DNA of 32,000 bases from Pontiella desulfatans (GCF_900890425.1 NZ_CAAHFG010000004.1:632330-664329); one strand, 5' to 3'; shown: positions 8,092 to 16,104, counted from the first letter of the stretch. Translations and numbers: made by a program. The notes: generated by a model not told the origin, from the sequence alone.

Positions 8092-11000
8092 ACGACCGGT
8101 TTTTAGGATATTCGTGAGTTCGCCCTCCGACGTAGTCGAGGAGCGGCGGGTGGTCGATACCGTGGTTGCCGAGCTGTGCGAACGGTATGCTTCTTGGGTG
8201 CATATCGAACGGGTGCTCTGGGAAAAGGAACTACTGTGCGCCAATCGGGGTGGTTTTCAGGATCAGATTGTTCCCATTGAGCAAACACACCTCGTGGTTT
8301 CCATCCTTTGGTCGAAGATTGGTTATCCGCTGGGAGAAGGAAAGACGGAGGACATTAAACCGGTGTTTCATCCGCCCACCTGGCAAGGGCGGAATCCGAC
8401 TGGAACCGAGCTGGAGATCGTAAGGGCGTTGCAGGCTTATGACGATACCCCCTCCTCCGAGCGCTTCCCCGACCTGCTCGTCTACCGCAAAACCGGGCGC
8501 GAACCTTTGGTTCCCATTGAGGAGGCGGAGGATGCCAGCCGGCAGCTCCGCGAAACGCGCACCTTTTTCGACTGGCTAACCAAAAACGAAAGCGATGGCA
8601 GCTTCTCTGCCGCCTTTCACCAATTCGAGTCGCTCAACCAGTTCGAGGAACTGCTCAAGGAGCACCTGCCGCGGTGGATCGAGGATCGGCTCGGGGTCGG
8701 GCGCGAACAGAGCAAGCTGCACCTCACCTGGCCGCATGGTTCGCCCTTCCGCGCGCTCGAACCGTTCGACGTCCACCACCATCCCGTCTTCTTCGGGCGT
8801 CAAAAGGAAACATTCGGCATCTTGGAACGCTTCCGGATGCTGGACGAACAGGGCATGGCGTTTCTGATGGTACTGGGCATGAGCGGTAGCGGAAAGTCCT
8901 CGCTCATCCGGGCGGGGGTTATAGCACGTCTCGATGCCCGTCGGGATGAGCGCTGGTGCTATGCCATCATGAATCCCGGCTTGGAAGCGAATCTGGCCGG
9001 GGCATTGATTGAGGCGTTGCACAATGAAACCGCCTTGCCGGAATTGAGTGGTAATGAAACCCTTGCCAACATCGCCAAGGATAGTCCGCAAAGTCTCGGC
9101 CTGATGGTCGAGGATTGCTTGGAAGCGAAAGAGGCGAATCTATTCCTCTTCATTGACCAGTTCGAGGAATTGTTCACGGGAACCAGGAATGCCGCAGAAC
9201 GCAAGGCGTTTGCCCGAATCCTCTTGGAACTCGCACGCAGTAAGCGGGTTTGGGTGTGCGCCACCATGCGTAGCGATTTCTACCATCGACTCGAAGCGTT
9301 GCCCGACCTGCTCGATGCCTCGGGTAGCGATGGCCTTTTCCATCTGCAGTCTCCCTCGCTCTCCGCGATCGACCTGATCGTCCGCCGTCCCGCCCTGGCC
9401 GCCGGGCTCCGCTATGAAGAGATTGACGGCGTCGGGCTCGACCAAGCCATGATCGACGACGCCAACGGACTGGGCGACTGCCTCCCGTTACTGGAATTTA
9501 CCCTGCATCGCCTTTATGAAGTGGGTTACGAGGATGGAATACTCGCATACGACGAATACGAATCCATCGGCAAGATCGGCGGCGCGGTTGACCAGCACGC
9601 CCGATCCGTCGTCGCCTCGATGGACAAGGAGGAGCAAAGGGCGCTGCCGCGAATTTTCGATGAGCTGGTTGGGCTGGACAGCGACGGCAAGGCTGTCCGC
9701 CAATATCCCCGGCGCAAATTTTTCGGGCAGGATACTCCTGCCGACCGCATGATCAAGCGACTGGTTAAAGAACGATTGCTGATTGCCGGGGAGGACGCCG
9801 AACACGAGCCCACGGTCGCCCTTGCCCATGATCTGTTGCTGGTGCACTGGTCGGAGGTGGGGCTTCACATCGAACAGAACCGGGAACGCATGCAGCAGCG
9901 CCAATGGCTCCGCGAATCCGCCCGGCAGTGGGATGCCGAACACCGCAACCGCGCCCTGCTGCTCGAAACCGACCGGCTGGTCGATCGCGCGGAAATCCAA
10001 TGGGTGTATGCCGGTGGTGCATTAGGCGACCTTGAGCGCGCATTCGTCGAGGCATCGGTCAAGCGGCGGGGCCGCAAGAGTGTGCTTGGCTGGGTCGCTA
10101 TCGGTACGATGGATATTATTTTGCTGGTATGTATGGGAATTCTTGTTGCAGGGATCGTTTTTCCATCGTTCCGCGATGTAGTGGTGGAAAACGATTCGAT
10201 GGAGATATGGGTGGATTTCTATGCAACCCCCTTGGCCATTCTTCTGGCCTGGATGCCTGCACTCCTGTTCATGGGTTGGCTAACGTGGCGCAAGGTCATG
10301 CCCGTACCTTCGGTCAAATGTGTAACGACAGACCTGAGGGTTGCATTGGTTGGACTTGGCTTGGATCTGGCGGGATATGCCACATGTTTTACCGATGGAA
10401 CGGATTTGTCCGATAGCCTGGCGTTCGGGATTCCCGTCACCCTGCTGTGGGGGCTCTGGATTGGAAATAGCCTTCGAACCAAGCGGCAGATTGCCGGATG
10501 GAGCAGGAAGCGTAATCCAATCCGGCGCCTGAACGTGTTGCGCGTATATTTCAAGCCGTTGTTACGGGGGATGGTCTATGCCGCTGCAACGGTGTTTATT
10601 ATTGCCATCATTGCCGTCGCCATGGAGGAGACCTCCACCGAGCAGGCGCAGTGGAATCTCGACAAGGTGATGGCCGAATCCTGGAATTACAATGGCGGTG
10701 CCATGCTCTCGCTCGTCGAGGACGGGGCGGGGGTTGACACCCGCAATGCGTACGGGAGCTCACCACTGCATTTGGCCGCCTTATACAACGACACGGCCAC
10801 GGCGCAATCGTTGCTGGATTTGCATGGGGCGGACATTGATGCCGTCGACAAAGCAGGCAACACTCCGCTGTTTCTTGCTCTCCAAGGAAGTTCGACCGCA
10901 CACACGAACGATGTGGTTTGGGCGTTGCTTTCCCACGGGGCGGATTTGGAGCATCGGAACTATATCGGGGGAACCCCGCTGGGATTTGCCACCGAACTTG

Positions 11001-12133
11001 GAAAGGTCGATCTGACCGAGCTCCTCCTGAGGCAGGGGGCGGAAACAGAGGTGCGCACCCATCTCGGCGCAACTCCGGCCTATTCGGCGGCCATGAACGG
11101 CCATCTACATGTGCTGTCGCTGTTGTGGGGCTGTACACAGGAAGAGGTGGCCCGATCGCTTTCAGCGTCGGCGCAAAAACAGGACGGCCTGGATTTCGAC
11201 CGGCTTTGCTGCGCGGCCGTGTGGCACCGGTGGAAAGGGGCATTGGAGGAATCGCGCAGGCTCTATGCCGCCGCGCTTGCCTTGGCGGAAACCGAAGGCA
11301 ACGGCCTTGAGGCGTTCGTGCTATCGGAATACGCACAAACCTATTTTGTGGTTGATCCCTCTGCGGCTGCCGGCATCGACCTTGTTGAGCGGGCATGCGA
11401 AGAGGAATCCTCCGGTTTGATGAGGGAGAACCTCGTGGGCAACCTGCTTTGGCACTATGTTCAGGGCGGGCGTTTTGACGATGCGAACAAGCGGGCGCAG
11501 GAAATGATGCCGACCCTGGACGAGTCGGATCCGTCTCCCTTGTGGATGAATTGTGCGCACGCCCTCTTGTTTACCGGCGACAAGGAGGGGGCACGCGAAA
11601 TCTATGCCCGGCATTGGAACGAGACGTTTGTCGATGGCCGGAACTGGGGAAATGAAGCCGTTTCCGACTGGTCGCAGTTGGAATGGCTGGAGGTGGACAC
11701 CGATATCCTTCACTCGGCCAAAACCGAGTGGGAGGTGCATACTCCCGACCTCTCCTTCATGAGAAAACCGGAAGGGTGCGACACCGGAGAGCTGAAAACC
11801 TTGCGGGATCGCATGGTCGGAAGGTGGCGATGTGAAGAGCTGTTCGAAGGCCGGGTTTTCATTCTTGAGTGGACGATTCTTCCCGATGGCCGATGCAGCT
11901 ACAACTTTTTCCGTGCCGCCGATAGATCACTTCACCAAACCTCCTATTCCACTTGGAAGATAGGCATCCACGACGGCATGAATATTTGGGGCGAACAAGG
12001 CGGTATCGACGGTGCTGTCACGTTGGCAAGCATACAGTTCGGGGCGGATGGCGACGAACTTGTTCTCACCCGCGCGGAAACCACATCCCAGTGGAACAAT
12101 TTCCAGCAAAGGCTCTACAGAAGGATCAAATAA
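8078..12133 (+). CDS. DUF4062-like (TIR-fold) - nSTAND-type P-loop NTPase - 4-5 TM block - ankyrin repeats - unknown C-terminal domains
   Basis: 1351-aa ORF. The N-terminus RIFVSSPSDVVEERRVV...GTELEIVRAL...LLVYRK (~8099..8498) looks like DUF4062/TIR-fold. The text ALEPFDVHHHPVFFGRQKE plus Walker A GMSGSGKSS (8876..8902) and Walker B LFLFIDQFEELF (from 9140) fits a STAND NTPase. PLLEFTLHRLY and ALAHDLLLVHW fit its winged-helix part. Hydrophobic helices span 10082..10624. Ankyrin text (GSSPLHLAALYNDTATAQSLLDLHGADIDAVDKAGNTPLFLA, GGTPLGFATELGKVDLTELLLRQGA) spans ~10690..11130. About 330 aa of unassigned sequence follow. Confidence 0.85.
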   Translation: MEKNRRPVFRIFVSSPSDVVEERRVVDTVVAELCERYASWVHIERVLWEKELLCANRGGFQDQIVPIEQTHLVVSILWSKIGYPLGEGKTEDIKPVFHPPTWQGRNPTGTELEIVRALQAYDDTPSSERFPDLLVYRKTGREPLVPIEEAEDASRQLRETRTFFDWLTKNESDGSFSAAFHQFESLNQFEELLKEHLPRWIEDRLGVGREQSKLHLTWPHGSPFRALEPFDVHHHPVFFGRQKETFGILERFRMLDEQGMAFLMVLGMSGSGKSSLIRAGVIARLDARRDERWCYAIMNPGLEANLAGALIEALHNETALPELSGNETLANIAKDSPQSLGLMVEDCLEAKEANLFLFIDQFEELFTGTRNAAERKAFARILLELARSKRVWVCATMRSDFYHRLEALPDLLDASGSDGLFHLQSPSLSAIDLIVRRPALAAGLRYEEIDGVGLDQAMIDDANGLGDCLPLLEFTLHRLYEVGYEDGILAYDEYESIGKIGGAVDQHARSVVASMDKEEQRALPRIFDELVGLDSDGKAVRQYPRRKFFGQDTPADRMIKRLVKERLLIAGEDAEHEPTVALAHDLLLVHWSEVGLHIEQNRERMQQRQWLRESARQWDAEHRNRALLLETDRLVDRAEIQWVYAGGALGDLERAFVEASVKRRGRKSVLGWVAIGTMDIILLVCMGILVAGIVFPSFRDVVVENDSMEIWVDFYATPLAILLAWMPALLFMGWLTWRKVMPVPSVKCVTTDLRVALVGLGLDLAGYATCFTDGTDLSDSLAFGIPVTLLWGLWIGNSLRTKRQIAGWSRKRNPIRRLNVLRVYFKPLLRGMVYAAATVFIIAIIAVAMEETSTEQAQWNLDKVMAESWNYNGGAMLSLVEDGAGVDTRNAYGSSPLHLAALYNDTATAQSLLDLHGADIDAVDKAGNTPLFLALQGSSTAHTNDVVWALLSHGADLEHRNYIGGTPLGFATELGKVDLTELLLRQGAETEVRTHLGATPAYSAAMNGHLHVLSLLWGCTQEEVARSLSASAQKQDGLDFDRLCCAAVWHRWKGALEESRRLYAAALALAETEGNGLEAFVLSEYAQTYFVVDPSAAAGIDLVERACEEESSGLMRENLVGNLLWHYVQGGRFDDANKRAQEMMPTLDESDPSPLWMNCAHALLFTGDKEGAREIYARHWNETFVDGRNWGNEAVSDWSQLEWLEVDTDILHSAKTEWEVHTPDLSFMRKPEGCDTGELKTLRDRMVGRWRCEELFEGRVFILEWTILPDGRCSYNFFRAADRSLHQTSYSTWKIGIHDGMNIWGEQGGIDGAVTLASIQFGADGDELVLTRAETTSQWNNFQQRLYRRIK

Positions 12134-12234
12134 TGAAGAAAAAAAGCACATTCAGGTGGTGGTCGCAGATGGTTTACTTGGGCGAGGAGTTCTGCTCCAG
12201 GCAATTGTTCCGTTTTATCCCGGAGTTTGTTTAA
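12133..12234 (+). pseudogene. Relic copy of the 5' end of the downstream channel-like gene (33 codons)
   Basis: Its ATG overlaps the STAND stop (TAATG). It encodes MKKKSTFRWWSQMVYLG..., compared with MKKNAFGCWWSQMVYRA... at 14091. A 20-nt perfect core, tggtggtcgcagatggttta, occurs at 12157..12176 and 14115..14134. The core sits inside ~100 nt of diverged similarity with compensating indels, and the relic ends at an early TAA. Confidence 0.5.
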
Positions 12235-12285
12235 TGGCTCTGATGGGAATCATGTAGTGGAACCCATTTAGCGGAAAGATAGAAG

Positions 12286-14079
12286 ATGAGTGAATCCAAA
12301 CCGATGAGACTTTTCATTTCCTATTCATCGAAATCCGGCGAGGCCGCCCGCTCGTTCGCGGACAAGCTGCGAACCCTGGGCTACGACACCTGGCTCGCGC
12401 CGGAGGAGATCCATGGCGGGCAGGATTTTGCCGAGCAGATTATGGAAGGCTTGGATCAATGCCACGGATTCGTGCTGTTGCTGACGGCCGAGGCCAACGA
12501 GTCGCCCCATGTGAAGAGCGAGCTGAACCAGGCCTTTGGCCGCAAGATGCCGATCCTGCCCGTCCTGTTGGAAGAGTTTGAGCTATCGCGGAGCTATGTC
12601 TACTATCTTTCCCACGCCCAATGGGTGGATGCCTCCAACGGCGCGGACGGTTGCTGGGATGAGGTAACCACGGTGCTGGATGCCTGGCGCGCGGGGCGGA
12701 CGCCGACAAGAACCGTCCAGCCCCCCTTGCCCTTCAAGCGGGTTAGGGCGTGGCCGAAGGTGGCCGCAGGCGTGGCGGTGGCGGGGCTGCTGGCTCTGGG
12801 GGTCTGGAAACTCGCCCCGAACGACGCTCCGAGTCCGGAAGACGAAAACCAGGTACGGCGCGTGGCCTCGCACATGCTGTTCATGCTGGTTTGCTGGGAT
12901 CAGCAGTTCGGATCCTTCGAGCGCTATACGGAATATCTTGAAGGTAAGGTCATATCCGGCTCGGACTATCCGATGGATATGCAGATCAAGGAGCTGGAAG
13001 GTCAGGCGGCACATGTTGCGGGCGAAATGCAAAATACCGGTGCGAAAATACACCCGTTCCCGGAAGGCCTGCTCGCGTGGATTCAGGGATCGCCTTTGAA
13101 CGCGGCCGACGCCGATGCGTTCGTGCCCTTTGCTTCCACGATGACCGAGGAGTTGGTGAACAATGTCGGCTTCCTGCGGAATTGCGTCGATCCGCGGTTC
13201 GTGATGAGTCCGGCCAACAAGCGCGAGCTGCTTGTCCAATACCGGAAGTGGAACCGCGAAAGCGCCGCGATGGCGTGGTATGGCGCAGCGGAATTCCTCG
13301 CGCCGCTGAACCAGGATACGGAAGGGTTCCGGAAGGCCTTCCGTGAGCCGCTCTCCACCTGCGCCTATCTGGCCAGCCTCAACCTGCTTTGGTTGGACGA
13401 CCAGGCCGAATGCGAACGCCTGGCGAAAAGCGCCGAGGAGCGGATGAACCGCATCATGAACGAAATGGCTGCGCTGGTGGGCGAAGAGCAGGCCAACCTC
13501 AGCCGCCAGGAAGATGCGATGCTTCCGCTTCTTCAAAAGGCCGAAGAGGTGGAGCAAATGGAAAAGCAGTTGGCGGAGCTGGAGGCCATGCTTGCCGAAC
13601 AGGAACCCGCCATCCGCGCCGACTGCACGCTCCTGCCCGACGACGATCCGGGCATCATGTGGGGCAAGATTATCCGGCTGATGGCCTGCGGCATGCATGC
13701 CGATGCCTCCCTGCAAATGGATCGGTTCCTGGAATTCAACCCGGACTCCACCTCTGCCCCCCGCGTGGTCAAGGCGGTCAAGGCCTATGCAACGGAAGCC
13801 GCAAAAACCGGCATGCGGCACGGGGCCGTGGTGTGGGGCACCGAGAACGATGTTGTGCACTCCGTGCTTCGTCCGGGCGACATTGTGGTTGAGCTGAACG
13901 GTGAGCAGGTTCTTGGCGGGGCGTCTTATGTCGCAATCAAACAAAAGAGCGGTGCGGAGAACAGCGACTTTCGATACCTGCGGTTGGATTCCAACGGGCT
14001 TCTAATGGAGCATGTGGATAAAGGAAATTCCAACGAGCCCCGCATCAGCATTACGGATATCGTGGAACAGATGGATTGA
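12286..14079 (+). CDS. Membrane-anchored TIR-domain protein with large C-terminal (predicted extracytoplasmic) region and PDZ-like end
   Basis: 597-aa ORF. The TIR_2-type text is RLFISYSSKSGEAARSFADKLRTLGYDTWLAPEEIHGGQDFAEQIMEGLDQCHGFVLLLTAEANESPHVKSELNQAF (~12304..12661), including a candidate catalytic Glu in SPHVKSEL. A single TM helix WPKVAAGVAVAGLLALGVWKL (12751..12813) has basic residues before it and acidic residues after. A coiled coil (EEVEQMEKQLAELEAMLAEQE) follows. PDZ-like text LRPGDIVVELNGEQVLG lies at ~13819..14017. Confidence 0.85.
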   Translation: MSESKPMRLFISYSSKSGEAARSFADKLRTLGYDTWLAPEEIHGGQDFAEQIMEGLDQCHGFVLLLTAEANESPHVKSELNQAFGRKMPILPVLLEEFELSRSYVYYLSHAQWVDASNGADGCWDEVTTVLDAWRAGRTPTRTVQPPLPFKRVRAWPKVAAGVAVAGLLALGVWKLAPNDAPSPEDENQVRRVASHMLFMLVCWDQQFGSFERYTEYLEGKVISGSDYPMDMQIKELEGQAAHVAGEMQNTGAKIHPFPEGLLAWIQGSPLNAADADAFVPFASTMTEELVNNVGFLRNCVDPRFVMSPANKRELLVQYRKWNRESAAMAWYGAAEFLAPLNQDTEGFRKAFREPLSTCAYLASLNLLWLDDQAECERLAKSAEERMNRIMNEMAALVGEEQANLSRQEDAMLPLLQKAEEVEQMEKQLAELEAMLAEQEPAIRADCTLLPDDDPGIMWGKIIRLMACGMHADASLQMDRFLEFNPDSTSAPRVVKAVKAYATEAAKTGMRHGAVVWGTENDVVHSVLRPGDIVVELNGEQVLGGASYVAIKQKSGAENSDFRYLRLDSNGLLMEHVDKGNSNEPRISITDIVEQMD

Positions 14080-14090
14080 AAGGTGGAACA

Positions 14091-15965
14091 ATGAAAAAAA
14101 ATGCATTCGGATGTTGGTGGTCGCAGATGGTTTATCGGGCGTGGAGTTCGACGCCGCGGCAAATTATCGTTTTGATCGGGGCGTTTGCACTGATTGTGGC
14201 CTTCGGGGCCGTGTTGCTCTGCCTGCCGTACTTCGAGTTCGGCGCGAAGGATCTCGGCGACAATCCGTGGTGGGTCTCGTTCATGCATGCAACGTGCCCG
14301 GACTATCTCGGCGAAACGACCGGCTGGAGCCGGGTGCTCGACTTCTTCGTGACCTACGGCGGATGGTTCGTGCTGCAAGGGGTGTTCGTGTCGATCCTCG
14401 TCAACGCGCTCGACCGCCGGGGCCAACGCACCTTGGAGGGCGATGCCCGCTGCCGGTTCAAGGACGGGCACGGCGTGGTGCTGGGCTGGGGCGCCATGGG
14501 CGTCTCCGTGGTTGAAAAGCTCGCCAAGCCCGGCCGCAAGGTCATCATCCTCTCGCAGGAAAACGCCGAGGAGGTGCGCGAACAACTGCGCACCGAGTTC
14601 GATTGCCCCGAATGTGCGGTCGATCCGCGCAAGGTCTTCGTCTTCCGCGGCTCGCTCGATTCCAACACCGATCTCAAGGCCTTGAATGTTGCCGGGGCCG
14701 ACGAGGTGGTGGTGTTGGGCGACCGCAACGTGCGCGGCAACGATAGCCGCAACCTGCAGGCCGCCACCCGCATCGCCGAGCTGCGCGATGCGCGGAAGAT
14801 GGAAGGGAAAGTCACCATCCATATCCATATCGACGATCTGCGTTCCTACGACCTGATCCAGGACATCGACATTCCCTCGGGCAGGCAGGGGGTGGCCAAC
14901 TTCCACCCCTTCAACTTTTGCGAGGACTGGGCGCGGCGCATCTGGTGCGCCATTCCGGGTGGCTCAACGGCCCATGTGTATCCGCCCTTGGCCTATGCTC
15001 CCGAAGTTGCCCGGAAGGAATCCTCCGCCTATGTGCATCTCTTCGTGCTCGGTTTCGGCCAGATGGGCCAGGCCATCGCCGTGCAGGCCGCACGGATTGC
15101 CCACTATGCCTCCGGCAGGAAAACCAAAATCACCGTCGTTGATTCCAAGCTCGAAGCCCGCGAGGTCTCCTTCCGCAGCCATTGTGCCATCGATGCCATG
15201 CCGGACATCGAATTCACCTTCCTCAAGGCCTATGCCGAATCGGCCACGGTACGCGACAAGCTGGCCGAAGCCGCCGACGATCCGAACCAGATCCTCAGCG
15301 TCGCCGTCTGCTTCTCCGACCCCGACGCGTCCATGAGTACCGCGCTTTCGTTGCCGGCTCCCGTCATTACCGGCGACAATCCCGTCTACGTCCGGCAGGA
15401 AACCCGCTCCGGCCTCTCCTCGCTTGCGCAGAAAATCAAGGACCAGAAGCGGTGGAAGGATATCCGTTTCTTCGGCACCCTCGACGAATGCTACGGGTTG
15501 GTTCCCGGGCAAGACAAGATTGCCGAACAGATCCACAACAGCTACATCGAGCAGGCCAAGGCCGAAGGCTGGTACGATCCCGAAAAGCCCAGCTTCCATC
15601 CCTGGAAATCGCTCGCCGAGCACTACCGCTGGTCGAACCGCTACCAGTCCGACGCCTTCCTCGAGCGCATCCGCGCCTTCGGCTACTCGCTCCAGCCGGT
15701 CTCCGCTTCCGAAACCATCTCCCGCTTCCCCCTGGAGCAACTCGAGCTCCTGGCCGAAACCGAGCACGACCGCTGGTGGGCCGAGCGCCTTCTCGCCGGC
15801 TGGACTCCCGGCGACCGCAACGACGACCTCCGCCAGCACCCCAACCTCGTCCCCTACGAAGGGCTCGACGAACCCACCAAGGAATACGACCGCGACGCCA
15901 TCCGCAACATGCCCTCCCTCATCCAGGACAACTTCGGGATGGGGTTGGTTCGCGGAGGTTCGTAA
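14091..15965 (+). CDS. 2-TM pore-like (Trk/Ktr MPM-like) module fused to two KTN/RCK-type Rossmann domains and two RyR-like domains
   Basis: The ORF track starts at TTG 14076. I prefer ATG 14091, which lies 4 nt after AGGTGG (14081..14086). M1 is IIVLIGAFALIVAFGAVLLCLP (14163..14225). An acidic loop NPWWVSFMHATCPDYLGETTGW follows, then M2 FFVTYGGWFVLQGVFVSILVNAL (14343..14411). GxGxxG motifs are VVLGWGAMG (~14475) and FVLGFGQMG...ITVVDSK (~15039). A degenerate RyR-like stretch is IAEQIHNSYIEQAKAEGW (~15516..15700). A clear RyR domain LAETEHDRWWAERLLAGWTPGDRNDDLRQHPNLVPYEGLDEPTKEYDRDAIRN lies at ~15740..15930. Confidence 0.8.
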   Translation: MKKNAFGCWWSQMVYRAWSSTPRQIIVLIGAFALIVAFGAVLLCLPYFEFGAKDLGDNPWWVSFMHATCPDYLGETTGWSRVLDFFVTYGGWFVLQGVFVSILVNALDRRGQRTLEGDARCRFKDGHGVVLGWGAMGVSVVEKLAKPGRKVIILSQENAEEVREQLRTEFDCPECAVDPRKVFVFRGSLDSNTDLKALNVAGADEVVVLGDRNVRGNDSRNLQAATRIAELRDARKMEGKVTIHIHIDDLRSYDLIQDIDIPSGRQGVANFHPFNFCEDWARRIWCAIPGGSTAHVYPPLAYAPEVARKESSAYVHLFVLGFGQMGQAIAVQAARIAHYASGRKTKITVVDSKLEAREVSFRSHCAIDAMPDIEFTFLKAYAESATVRDKLAEAADDPNQILSVAVCFSDPDASMSTALSLPAPVITGDNPVYVRQETRSGLSSLAQKIKDQKRWKDIRFFGTLDECYGLVPGQDKIAEQIHNSYIEQAKAEGWYDPEKPSFHPWKSLAEHYRWSNRYQSDAFLERIRAFGYSLQPVSASETISRFPLEQLELLAETEHDRWWAERLLAGWTPGDRNDDLRQHPNLVPYEGLDEPTKEYDRDAIRNMPSLIQDNFGMGLVRGGS

Positions 15966-16044
15966 GCGCGAACCGAGCCACGAAGCCCCTTTTAAGGGTT
16001 AAAGGTCTCCGGTGCCCCGGCTCCGGATTTTGCCGGATTGCCGC

Positions 16045-16073
16045 TTGACGGCGCGGGGCGGGAAGCGTACTTT
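16045..16073 (+). promoter_or_regulatory. Candidate sigma70-type promoter of nusA-infB
   Basis: TTGACG (16045..16050), a 17-nt spacer, then TACTTT (16068..16073), about 110 nt upstream of the nusA ATG. Motif match only. Confidence 0.35.
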
Positions 16074-16104
16074 GCTCGACTTGTTGATAGTTTGGCTCTG
16101 GATG

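Noticed and set aside
14076-14090. TTG start at 14076 for the channel-like gene (MKGGT...)
   Set aside because: It overlaps the TIR stop codon, and the AGGTGG that would serve as SD lies inside it. ATG 14091 sits 4 nt after that SD, and its relic copy at 12133 also starts MKK.
12583-15839. Minus-strand ORFs 12583..13944 (453 aa), 13926..14906 (326 aa) and 14964..15839 (291 aa) inside the candidate system
   Set aside because: They have typical high-GC antisense composition (runs of G, R, H, V, D). The + strand frames carry coherent TIR, TM, Rossmann and RyR text and coupled start/stop spacing.
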